A model generated the notes under the pieces. It had not been told where the DNA came from and made no database searches. It saw only the letters and a program-made list of their open reading frames with translations. From Candidatus Gastranaerophilaceae bacterium (GTDB lineage: Bacteria; Cyanobacteriota; Vampirovibrionia; Gastranaerophilales; Gastranaerophilaceae): a stretch of 64,000 bases of DNA. Position numbers and translations under genes: made by a program. The stretch spans positions 8,973-72,972 of the forward strand of contig JAZRUK010000043.1 in the NCBI GenBank assembly GCA_045652525.1, in the 5' to 3' direction. The first letter of the stretch is position 1. Every line of letters starts with the position of its first letter. Shown here piece by piece: positions 9,747 to 19,170 of this stretch.

Positions 9747-9954
9747 TACCCCTACTTCCTTATTTTTTTAGAATTCTCGTATAAATTCTAGAATAAATAA
9801 AAAACAACTTCAACGATATTCTTTTTTATAAGTTACTCTTCTTAATATTATTACATATTAATGTCGTTGCGAGCTTTATTCATGTTACTATGGTGGAAGA
9901 AATTAAGATGATATAAATATTAGAGCAGTTTTAGATTTGTGTAGAGAGGTCTTG

Positions 9955-10866
9955 ATGAGTAATATTAATGTATGTATATCGTGTGATGATAACTATTCCA
10001 AATATGCAGGAGTGGTTATAGCTTCAATATTGTCAAATGCTGCTCAAGAAGATGATCTTTCTATTTACATTTTAGATGGCGGTATTTCAGAAGAACACAA
10101 GTCAGAAATATTTTCATTAAAATCAATAAAAGATTGTGAAATAAATTTTGTGGCAGTTGACCAATCATTGTTTGAAGATTATTCAAAGATTAAAACTCAC
10201 TCATACGTTACTGTTGCAACTTATTATCGTTTGAAACTCTCATCTCTTTTGCCAAATGTAGATCGAATTATTTATTTTGACTGTGATATGGTTGTTAATT
10301 CTAGTTTAGCGGAATTATTCAATACTGACATGCAAGATTGCTTGATTGCAGGTGTTAAGGACTTAAATAAAAAAGAATTAAAGAAAAACCCTAGTTATGT
10401 AAATGCAGGAATGCTTGTATTTGATTTAAAAAATATGCGATCAGACAATACTGAAAACAGATTTTTAGAATGGACAAAAGCTAATGCAGAAAGTATAAAA
10501 GTTGGCGATCAGACAATTATTAACGAAGTTTGTAAAGGTAGAATTAAAGTAGTTTCAGATGTTTGGAATGTTCAATCTTCTAATTTTACTAACCGTTCTA
10601 GTTATACAAATAATCCGAGAGTTGTGCATTTTGTAGCACGTAAAAAACCTTGGCATTGGGCATCATTTAGTATTCACAAAGGATTGTATTTTAAATATCT
10701 GCAACTAACTCCTTGGAAATTGAGTGAAAAAGAATATAAACATTGGACTAGAGATAATCAAATAGCTTCATTGATTGAATATGTGAAATACAGACCAATT
10801 TTCTTTTTAAGACCAAGATTTTATGAAGCATTGATTAAGACGTATCTAATAAGAGGTGGTGTATAA
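9955..10866 (+). CDS. Glycosyltransferase family 8 (paralog 1)
   Basis: CDDNYSKYAGV, YYRLKL, DCDMVV (DxD), NAGMLVFDL and DQTIINE GT8 motifs; start moved to ATG 9955 behind AGAGAGG. Confidence 0.85.
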   Translation: MSNINVCISCDDNYSKYAGVVIASILSNAAQEDDLSIYILDGGISEEHKSEIFSLKSIKDCEINFVAVDQSLFEDYSKIKTHSYVTVATYYRLKLSSLLPNVDRIIYFDCDMVVNSSLAELFNTDMQDCLIAGVKDLNKKELKKNPSYVNAGMLVFDLKNMRSDNTENRFLEWTKANAESIKVGDQTIINEVCKGRIKVVSDVWNVQSSNFTNRSSYTNNPRVVHFVARKKPWHWASFSIHKGLYFKYLQLTPWKLSEKEYKHWTRDNQIASLIEYVKYRPIFFLRPRFYEALIKTYLIRGGV

Positions 10867-11771
10867 TGAGTAAAGTTAATATTTGTCTGGCATGTGATAA
10901 TAATTATGCAAAGTATGCAGGAGTAGTCATAACGTCAATTTTACGTAATGCTAATACTGATACGTCACTAAGTTTTTTTGTTTTAGATGGTGGAATTTCA
11001 GAACAACACAAGCAAGAAATATTAACCTTGAAATCTATAAAGGATTGTGAAATCAATTTTGTTCCTATCAACGAGAGTGATTTTGAAGATTACAAAAAAG
11101 TAAAAACTCACGGATATATTACTTTAGCAACATATTACAGATTAAAGCTACCGTCATTGTTGCCTAGTGTTGACAGAGTAATTTATCTTGACTGTGATAC
11201 TGTCGTAAATACTGACTTGTCAGAATTATTTAATGTTGATATGCCGACAGAATGTTTTGCGGGCGCACATGATATAGATAAGAAAACTGTAAAGATCAAT
11301 CCGACATACGTAAATGCGGGTGTTCTTGTTATGGATTTGAAAAATATGCGTGCTCAGAACTTGGAAGATGTATTTTTATCTTGGACAAAAGAAAATATTG
11401 ATACAATCAAATGTGGCGATCAAACAATTATAAACGAGGTATGTAAAGGTAACATTAAAGTTGTAGATGATACTTGGAATCTGCAAACAAGTGATTTTAT
11501 GAATCGTTCAAGTTATTTAAAACGTCCAAATATAATTCATTATGTTGCAAAGAATAAGCCTTGGAATAAAGTTTCGTTGTGTTATTTTAAAAATAATTAT
11601 ATAAAATATTTACAATTGACACCGTGGAAAAAGGACAAAAAAGAAGAGTTTGAATATAGATATGTAGAACAGTTTTTATCTTTATTTAGTTTTATAATTC
11701 ATCGTCCAACATTCTTTTTGCAGAAGAAGTTTTATGATGCTCTTGTAAATACATATTTCGTGAATAATTAG
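10866..11771 (+). CDS. Glycosyltransferase family 8 (paralog 2)
   Basis: Same GT8 motif set; clearly paralogous to the upstream gene; TAATG stop/start overlap. Confidence 0.85.
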   Translation: MSKVNICLACDNNYAKYAGVVITSILRNANTDTSLSFFVLDGGISEQHKQEILTLKSIKDCEINFVPINESDFEDYKKVKTHGYITLATYYRLKLPSLLPSVDRVIYLDCDTVVNTDLSELFNVDMPTECFAGAHDIDKKTVKINPTYVNAGVLVMDLKNMRAQNLEDVFLSWTKENIDTIKCGDQTIINEVCKGNIKVVDDTWNLQTSDFMNRSSYLKRPNIIHYVAKNKPWNKVSLCYFKNNYIKYLQLTPWKKDKKEEFEYRYVEQFLSLFSFIIHRPTFFLQKKFYDALVNTYFVNN

Positions 11772-11852
11772 TCACTTTACATAACACGAATTTAAGAAAA
11801 ATAAATAAAAATTAAATGAAAATTATTGGAATTAAGTATAGAGGAATAAAAA

Positions 11853-12728
11853 GTGAATAGTATGTCAAACAAAATTATTTCAAAAATAATTGTTTGTTAT
11901 CATAAAGAATCGGATATATTTGCAAATGAGTGTTTGTTGCCTCTGCATGTTGGCAAAGCGCAGCATCCTGAAGTTTTGCAAGATATGACAGGAGATAATG
12001 CAGGGGATAACATCTCACATAAAAATTCAAGTTATTGCGAATTGACAGGCATGTATTGGCTATGGAAGAATGTTGATGCTGACAATTATGGACTTTTTCA
12101 TTATAGAAGATTTTTAGATCTCAAAGGCGGATATAGAGGGCAAATTTATCCGTCAATAATTAATGTCGATGATTTTGATAGCGGTGTTGTTAAAGAATTA
12201 ATGAAAAATTTCGATATGATTTTGCCTAAAAAATCAAAATTTAAGATAAGTTTATATGATTATTATAAAAAAGAGCATTTTGTAAAAGATTTGGATATTG
12301 TAAAAGATATTATCAAGAATAAATATCCGGATTACGTGCCTGCAATGGAGCGAGCATTAAATTCTAAAAAAGGTTACTTCTGTAATATGTTTGTTATGAA
12401 AAAAGCTATTTTCAATGAATATTGTTCGTGGCTTTTTGATGTTTTGGGAGAAGCTGAAAAACTTATTGACACAACAGATTATGATTCATATCAAAGTAGA
12501 GTTTTAGGATTTTTGAGCGAAAGAATGTTTAGTATTTTCATTCAATACAAAAAGGAAACGTCTACAAATTTAAAAATTAAGGAAGTCAATACATTGTTTA
12601 TAAATTCTGAGCCTATAAAGAAGATAAATTTTATTGTAGGACAATACATAAAATATACTGATAGAACTTATTTTGAAATATTAGGATTGAAATTTTCTAA
12701 AAAAAATGGAGTAAAAAATGGCAAATAA
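11853..12728 (+). CDS. DUF4422-like protein (putative glycosyltransferase)
   Basis: IVCYHK...LPLHVGKA...YCELTGMYWLWKN pattern; directly upstream of glf. Confidence 0.65.
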   Translation: MNSMSNKIISKIIVCYHKESDIFANECLLPLHVGKAQHPEVLQDMTGDNAGDNISHKNSSYCELTGMYWLWKNVDADNYGLFHYRRFLDLKGGYRGQIYPSIINVDDFDSGVVKELMKNFDMILPKKSKFKISLYDYYKKEHFVKDLDIVKDIIKNKYPDYVPAMERALNSKKGYFCNMFVMKKAIFNEYCSWLFDVLGEAEKLIDTTDYDSYQSRVLGFLSERMFSIFIQYKKETSTNLKIKEVNTLFINSEPIKKINFIVGQYIKYTDRTYFEILGLKFSKKNGVKNGK

Positions 12729-13827
12729 AAATTTAGTAATAGGAGCTGGCTTTTCCGGTGCAACAATAGCAAATCTGTTAGCAACTCAATTAGGTGAAGA
12801 AGTTGTTGTTATAGATAAAAAAGATCATATCGCAGGCAATTGTTTTGATTATCGCGATAAAAATGGTATTATGATTCATAAATATGGATCACATATTTTC
12901 CATACTCAGTCAGAAAAAGTTTGGAATTTTTTGAAACAATTTACAGATTTTAATACATACATGCACAAAGTTGTGGGATATTTAGATGGTATAGAAACTC
13001 ATATTCCATTTAATTTTAATACTTTATACGATGTTTTCCCATTTACTTTGGCAAGAAGATTAGAAGAAAAATTATTGGATAAATTTGAAATTAATTCTAA
13101 AGTTCCTATTTTAGAATTCCAAAAGCAAGATGATGAAGATTTAAAATTCTTGGCAAATTATGTTTACGAAAAAATATTTTTACACTATACAACAAAACAA
13201 TGGGGTGTTTCACCAAAAGATGTTGATGGTGCTGTAACAGCTCGTGTTCCTGTATATTTGTCAAAAGATAACAGATATTTCCAAGATAAATATCAAGGTA
13301 TTCCACTAGATGGATACACAAAAGTTGTTGAAAAAATGTTGAATCATAAAAACATTAAAGTTAAATTGAACACTGATTTTAAAGACTTTGATGCAACGAA
13401 GTTTGATAGAGTATTCTACACAGGTCCTATTGATGAGTATTTCAATTATGAATTTGGTCAATTGCCATACAGAAGCGTAAACTTCAAATTTGAAACTTAT
13501 GACAAAGAATATTATCAATCAAATGCTTGTGTGAATTATCCTTGTAATTATGATTTTACTAGGATTCACGAGTATAAATATTATCTTGATGACAAATCAG
13601 ATAAAACTGTAATTGCAAAAGAATACTCAGAATTTTTTGAATTAGGTAAAAATGAAAGATATTACCCAATTCCAAAAGATGAAAATACTGCGCTTTATAA
13701 CAAATACTTAGAAAAAGCTAAAAACTTGAAAAATGTTTATTTCTTGGGTAGATTAGGTGATTATAAGTATTATGATATGGATAAAGCAATTTTGAGAGCA
13801 ATAGAACTGTTTGAGGAGATTAAATAA
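12718..13827 (+). CDS. glf: UDP-galactopyranose mutase
   Basis: FAD fold VIGAGFSGATIA; GSHIFHT and YNxKQWG-like motifs; 369 aa. Confidence 0.92.
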   Translation: MANKNLVIGAGFSGATIANLLATQLGEEVVVIDKKDHIAGNCFDYRDKNGIMIHKYGSHIFHTQSEKVWNFLKQFTDFNTYMHKVVGYLDGIETHIPFNFNTLYDVFPFTLARRLEEKLLDKFEINSKVPILEFQKQDDEDLKFLANYVYEKIFLHYTTKQWGVSPKDVDGAVTARVPVYLSKDNRYFQDKYQGIPLDGYTKVVEKMLNHKNIKVKLNTDFKDFDATKFDRVFYTGPIDEYFNYEFGQLPYRSVNFKFETYDKEYYQSNACVNYPCNYDFTRIHEYKYYLDDKSDKTVIAKEYSEFFELGKNERYYPIPKDENTALYNKYLEKAKNLKNVYFLGRLGDYKYYDMDKAILRAIELFEEIK

Positions 13828-14903
13828 TGCCAAAAGTATCAGTTATAATCCCTGTATACGGTGTAGAGGCATATCTGAGAGAAGCTCTTGATAGTGTATT
13901 GAATCAAACCTTAAAAGATTTAGAAATAATTTTAATCGATGATGGTGGCAAAGATAATTGTCCTCAAATTATTGATGAATATGCTTCAAAAGACCCTAGA
14001 ATAATTGCTATTCATAAAGAAAATGGTGGTTATGGCGCTGCTTGTAATTTAGGTTTAGAAACTGCAACCGGTGAATATATAGCAATTCTTGAACCAGATG
14101 ACTATATTGCATCGAAAATGTATGAAGATTTATATGCAATAGCAAAAACCTATGATTCAGATATTGTAAAATCAGGATTTTATGAAAATTTGCAATCTAA
14201 AGAATTAACAAAAATTATGAAGGTCAAATGGGATGATGATAAAATTCCGCAAGATAGATCTTTCACAGCAAAAGAGTGTAGTTTCTTTTTGTATTATCAT
14301 CCAAGTATTTGGACTTGTATTTATAAAAAAGAATTTTTGGATAAACATAATATAAGATTTGTTGAAGCGCCTGGTGCTGGTTGGACAGATAATCCATTTC
14401 AAGTTCAGACAATGTGTTTGGCAGAAAGGATTAACTATACACCAGAAGCATATTATTATTGGCGTCGTTTGAATTTTAATATTTCCCACGATTTGAAAGA
14501 TTACAGAATCCCGTTTGTGAGATGTAAAGACACCTATAATTGGTTGATAAAAAACGATATAAATGACCCTAAGATTTTGTATAATTGGGTAAGACGAGAG
14601 TTGTCTTATGTAGATATCGTATTAGGAATGGAAAAAATCAAAAATAAAAACGAATGTAGCAGTTTGATAAAAAATATGTGTATTGATCTTGAACGCATAT
14701 TTGATGTTTTAAATTCTGGGTATTTAAGTAAGATCGAAAAAAAGAAATTTTTATTTTTCCGATACGTTCCTATGATTTATGTAATGGATAAAATATTTAA
14801 GATAAATAGAAAGAAAATAGTTTCTTTTCGTTGGAATAGAAAAGAACGTTCGGTAAAAATTGCAGGTAAAATATTATATAATAATAGGAAAAGAGGGTTA
14901 TGA
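13827..14903 (+). CDS. Glycosyltransferase family 2
   Basis: VSVIIPVYGVEAYLREALDSVLNQT...IILIDDGGKD, then EPDD. Confidence 0.85.
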   Translation: MPKVSVIIPVYGVEAYLREALDSVLNQTLKDLEIILIDDGGKDNCPQIIDEYASKDPRIIAIHKENGGYGAACNLGLETATGEYIAILEPDDYIASKMYEDLYAIAKTYDSDIVKSGFYENLQSKELTKIMKVKWDDDKIPQDRSFTAKECSFFLYYHPSIWTCIYKKEFLDKHNIRFVEAPGAGWTDNPFQVQTMCLAERINYTPEAYYYWRRLNFNISHDLKDYRIPFVRCKDTYNWLIKNDINDPKILYNWVRRELSYVDIVLGMEKIKNKNECSSLIKNMCIDLERIFDVLNSGYLSKIEKKKFLFFRYVPMIYVMDKIFKINRKKIVSFRWNRKERSVKIAGKILYNNRKRGL

Positions 14904-16012
14904 TGATTGATAAGCATAAAGTTGCAGTTTTAATGTTAGCATATGCAGATTTTGAGGCTATGGAAATAGCGTTGGCGACATTTTCGAAGTCTTTTAATGA
15001 TGATATAAAATTCTTTATTTTGCAAAATGGACGAGGAACATATGATTGTGAAAGAACATATAGAGTTGCTAAAAGATATGAAATGTTGTTTCCGGATAAA
15101 GTGAAGGTTGTTGATTGGATAGAACCTCAAGTTCCATATTTAGCAATTAAAGAACTTTTAAATAGTGAATTTATGGCTGAATTTGATTACATCTGTAAAG
15201 TAGATGATGATGTATTTGCACTAAGAGAAGATTGGCTCGATAAATTAATAAAATGTTATGAGGCTTCAAAAGAAAAATATGGTGACCAATTAGGATATAT
15301 AACAGGTCTTGTTAATAATAATCCTTGGGGCTTCAAGAAAATGTTAGATATCTTCAATTTAAGTAATGAATTTTTTAGTAAATATGCACGTCCTCATTTG
15401 ATAGGTGGGCCGAATGATAGTGTTGAACCCTTGCGACTTGTATCTTCGGTTGAAGTTTGTGATGGATTGTCTGGTACTGTTTGGGGAAATCCATATATTT
15501 CCAGATGGCTTCACAAAAGAACCTCTTTTAATCCTCAAGAATTTATTCAAAGAACTGAAGCTCTTGGATATGAAGAGGTTAATAATCAAAAAAGATATTC
15601 TATTAATGTAATGTTTTTTGAGAAAGCATTTTGGAATAATATAAATTCTGGTGGCCGTGATGATGAACATATGACAAGAGAATATTGTAGATTAAATGAT
15701 AAAAAAATAATCGCAGATTTGTCAGATCCTTTTGTTCATATTTGTTTCTATACACAAAGAGAAGAAAATAGAGATCTTCTTATTGATTTTAGAAATGTGT
15801 ATGAAGAATGGTTGGATTTACCTTATCCAATTTCTATGTGCCCTAATAAAGAGTATGAAAATGAAAATAGATTAAGGTATATTGAAGCAAAATTAAATCA
15901 AAATAAATTAGTGAATATAAAGCAAAAATTTTCGCTAAGGAACTCTAAGGATAGAAAATACAAATTACTTACTCTGTTTGGTAAAACATATAAGATTAAA
16001 AGAAAAAAGTAA
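14900..16012 (+). CDS. Hypothetical GT-A-like protein with DxD motif, family unassigned
   Basis: Rossmann-like N-terminus and KVDDDVF; ATGA overlap with the upstream GT2; no family recognised by eye. Confidence 0.4.
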   Translation: MMIDKHKVAVLMLAYADFEAMEIALATFSKSFNDDIKFFILQNGRGTYDCERTYRVAKRYEMLFPDKVKVVDWIEPQVPYLAIKELLNSEFMAEFDYICKVDDDVFALREDWLDKLIKCYEASKEKYGDQLGYITGLVNNNPWGFKKMLDIFNLSNEFFSKYARPHLIGGPNDSVEPLRLVSSVEVCDGLSGTVWGNPYISRWLHKRTSFNPQEFIQRTEALGYEEVNNQKRYSINVMFFEKAFWNNINSGGRDDEHMTREYCRLNDKKIIADLSDPFVHICFYTQREENRDLLIDFRNVYEEWLDLPYPISMCPNKEYENENRLRYIEAKLNQNKLVNIKQKFSLRNSKDRKYKLLTLFGKTYKIKRKK

Positions 16013-16036
16013 TTTGAAGTATAGGAGTACAATATC

Positions 16037-17026
16037 ATGTCAAAAATTTTAGTAACAGGTGGAGCTGGATATATTGGAAGTCATTGTGTAATGGCTTTGT
16101 TAGAACAAGGTAGTGAAGTTGTCGTGTTCGATAACCTTTCAACGGGACATAAAGAAACAGTTGATACTTTAAGCAAATATGGCAATTTGGATTTTGTTCA
16201 AGGCGACCTGTTAAATAATAACGATTTGAAAAACTTGTTTGACTCTTTTGATATAGATTCAGTAATTCATTTTGCTGCATTTTCTCAAGTGGGTGAAAGT
16301 GTTAAAAATCCACAAAAATATTACATAAACAATGTTTGCGGAAGTATAAATCTTTTGTCTGCAATGCTTGAGCACGGCGTTAACAAGATAGTATTTTCTT
16401 CAACGGCTGCAACTTATGGTGAGCCTAAATATATTCCGATAGATGAAAAACACCCACAAGAACCAATAAATCCATATGGCCAAACAAAACTTATGATTGA
16501 AAAAATTATGGATGATTATGATAAGGCATATGACTTAAGATCTGTCAGATTGCGTTATTTTAACGTTGCTGGTGCAGATTCTGAAAACAGAGTTGGTGAA
16601 TGGCACGATCCTGAAACACACTTAATTCCAAATATTTTAAAATCTACCTTTGGTGGTGGCAAAACATTCGAAATGTACGGTGATGACTACGATACAAAAG
16701 ACGGAACTTGTGTAAGAGATTATATAAATGTTGAAGATTTGGCTCAAGCGCATTTATTAGCTCTTAAATATTTAAATAATGGTGGCGAAACAAACTTTTT
16801 TAATTTGGGAACCAATGATGGAAACACTGTTAAAGAAGTTTTTGCAATGTGTGAAAAAGTTACTCAAAAAAATATTGCAGTTTTGCAAAAACCTCGTAGA
16901 GAAGGTGATCCGGCAAGTTTAGTTGCGGATAATTCCAAGGCTAAGACTATTCTTAATTGGCAACCTCAAAAAACATTGGAAGAAAGTATAAAAACTGCGT
17001 GGGCTTGGGAGAAAAACTTGGTTTAG
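16037..17026 (+). CDS. galE: UDP-glucose 4-epimerase
   Basis: VTGGAGYIGSH, SSTAATYG, YGQTK (YxxxK); 329 aa. Confidence 0.92.
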   Translation: MSKILVTGGAGYIGSHCVMALLEQGSEVVVFDNLSTGHKETVDTLSKYGNLDFVQGDLLNNNDLKNLFDSFDIDSVIHFAAFSQVGESVKNPQKYYINNVCGSINLLSAMLEHGVNKIVFSSTAATYGEPKYIPIDEKHPQEPINPYGQTKLMIEKIMDDYDKAYDLRSVRLRYFNVAGADSENRVGEWHDPETHLIPNILKSTFGGGKTFEMYGDDYDTKDGTCVRDYINVEDLAQAHLLALKYLNNGGETNFFNLGTNDGNTVKEVFAMCEKVTQKNIAVLQKPRREGDPASLVADNSKAKTILNWQPQKTLEESIKTAWAWEKNLV

Positions 17027-17029
17027 TGT

Positions 17030-19150
17030 ATGCAAATATCAATAATTACGGCGAGTTATAACTATGAAGAATACATAAAAGAAACAATTGAAAGTGTTAT
17101 TGCGCAAACTTATACAAATTGGGAGATGGTAATAGTTGACGACGGCTCCAGAGATAATTCAGTAGAAGTTATAAAATCATATTGTGCAAAAGATAGCAGA
17201 ATTAAACTTTATCAACATGAAAATGGTGAGAATAAAGGCTTGATTGAGACTGTTAAATTAGGCATAGAAAAAGCGCAAAATGAATGGATTGTGTTTTTGG
17301 AATCTGATGATACTATTACACCGGATTATTTGGAAACTAAATTAGGAATTATCAAACAATATCCAGATGTAAAATTTATCTTCAATGACGTAAATCTATT
17401 TGGAGATGCTGAGCATATAAAAGCACATAGGAATCATTGTATGGTTTCTGAAACTATATTGAAAGATAAGTCGTACCCAATTAATTTGCTGAGTTATATG
17501 GAAGAGCAAAATGTCATTTCGACTTTTTCTGTAGTTATGTTGAACAAAAATATTTTAAAAAAAGTGAAATTTAATGTTGCATCCCCTTCGCTTTTGGATT
17601 GGTATTTGTGGACTCAGCTGGCTGTAGATAACGATTTTTATTATATCGATAAAAAACTTACGAACTGGAGAGTTCATTCTAATAGTTACATTTCTGTAAA
17701 ACGTTCTCCTTTAGAAATGTGTTTAATTAATATTCAGTTAAGGAATATTATTCATCAAAATAAGTCTATATTTGTACGTTTTTTTAATAATTTTAATAGC
17801 TTGAGAAAATGTTTATGGAGGATGTATTTAAAAAAGTGTTTAGATAAAATTTTTTCGATAAAAAAATCACCGGATAAAAAACATAAAATTTTTGTTTTGT
17901 TTGGAGTAAAGTTGAAATTTAGACAAAAAGTTAATTTAATCAAGTTGCGAAATAAGTATCATAAAATAGAGCAATCTTTACAGGAAAAATATAAAAAAGA
18001 TAGGATAAACGTAACTTTTTTAGTTAGTATTGCTGCTATGTTTCCAGCAAAACCATTCATGAGATTTTTATTAAGTCAAAACAAATATAATGTTAAAGTT
18101 TTAATTGTTCCTGATTTAAGATTCGGCGAAGCTAATATTAAAAAATTACAAAATGAATGTTATGAACAATTAAAATCAGAATTCGGTGAAAATATTCTTA
18201 TAAAAGCTCCTATTGACAATGATAATGATAATGTAGATATAAAATCCTTTACGGATATTATGTTTATGTCTTTACCATATGATGTTAGTTATTATAAATA
18301 TTCATTGGAAAATATAATAAATTTAAATATTTTACCATGTTGTGTTAACTATGCTTTTTATAGAGCTAAATATGAAAGAATTAAGTTGATATCAAAGCTT
18401 GTGTATAGCTTATATTGGAAAGTGTTCACTGAGACAAAATATAACCATGATGAATTTGAAAATTATTGTAAAAATAAAACAAAACATTGTGCGTTGGTTG
18501 GTTATTGCAAAATGGATGACTTTAAGGATTATGAAAATATGAAATCTGATAAAAAGACAATATTAATAGCACCTCATCACTCTGTAGAAGGTGGTTTTAA
18601 TGATATTCTAGCATTGTCAAACTTTAATAAATATTCAGATTTGTTCTTAAAACTTCCTGATATGTATCCAGATATTGATTTTATTTTTAGACCGCATCCT
18701 GCACTATTTTTGTGTCTAGAAAAAGAAGAGTTTTGGGGTAAAAGCAAAGTCGATAGTTATATCTCAGAAATGAAAAATAAGAAAAACGTTGTTTATGATG
18801 ATAATGGCAATTACTTTGAAACTTTTGCTAAATCAGATGGTATTATTCAAGATTGTGGTTCTTATTTAGTTGAGTATTTTTATACAGAAAAGCCACAATG
18901 TTATATGTTAAAAAGTGAAGATGATATCGAAAATAAATTTGTAAAGTTGGGTAAAAAGTGTTTAGAACATTGTTACATAGCTTATGATGAAAAAGCAATT
19001 ATTGATTTTATTGATAATGTGATTATTAAAGGAGATGATCCTAAACAAGATGCACGAATTGAGTTCGCTAGAAATGAAGTAAAACGTAATTACCCATTTG
19101 TATCGCAAAAAATATTTGAACATTTTGAACAAATTTTTAGAAGCGAATAG
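17030..19150 (+). CDS. Fusion: N-terminal GT2 glycosyltransferase plus C-terminal TagB/TagF-like (CDP-glycerol glycerophosphotransferase family) domain
   Basis: N-terminal ISIITASYNYEEYI...VIVDDGSRDNS; C-terminal ILIAPHHS, FRPHPAL and SDGIIQDCGSYLVEYF resemble the Glyphos_transf pattern. Confidence 0.65.
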   Translation: MQISIITASYNYEEYIKETIESVIAQTYTNWEMVIVDDGSRDNSVEVIKSYCAKDSRIKLYQHENGENKGLIETVKLGIEKAQNEWIVFLESDDTITPDYLETKLGIIKQYPDVKFIFNDVNLFGDAEHIKAHRNHCMVSETILKDKSYPINLLSYMEEQNVISTFSVVMLNKNILKKVKFNVASPSLLDWYLWTQLAVDNDFYYIDKKLTNWRVHSNSYISVKRSPLEMCLINIQLRNIIHQNKSIFVRFFNNFNSLRKCLWRMYLKKCLDKIFSIKKSPDKKHKIFVLFGVKLKFRQKVNLIKLRNKYHKIEQSLQEKYKKDRINVTFLVSIAAMFPAKPFMRFLLSQNKYNVKVLIVPDLRFGEANIKKLQNECYEQLKSEFGENILIKAPIDNDNDNVDIKSFTDIMFMSLPYDVSYYKYSLENIINLNILPCCVNYAFYRAKYERIKLISKLVYSLYWKVFTETKYNHDEFENYCKNKTKHCALVGYCKMDDFKDYENMKSDKKTILIAPHHSVEGGFNDILALSNFNKYSDLFLKLPDMYPDIDFIFRPHPALFLCLEKEEFWGKSKVDSYISEMKNKKNVVYDDNGNYFETFAKSDGIIQDCGSYLVEYFYTEKPQCYMLKSEDDIENKFVKLGKKCLEHCYIAYDEKAIIDFIDNVIIKGDDPKQDARIEFARNEVKRNYPFVSQKIFEHFEQIFRSE

Positions 19151-19170
19151 GATAGAAAGGGATTTAGCAA

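Noticed and set aside
9769-9790. Inverted repeat TAGAATT-8 nt-AATTCTA in the divergent promoter region between the AEP and glycan operons, as a possible operator
   Set aside because: The stem is 7 bp and AT-rich in a 190-bp AT-rich spacer, so it could easily arise by chance. No regulator gene is adjacent.
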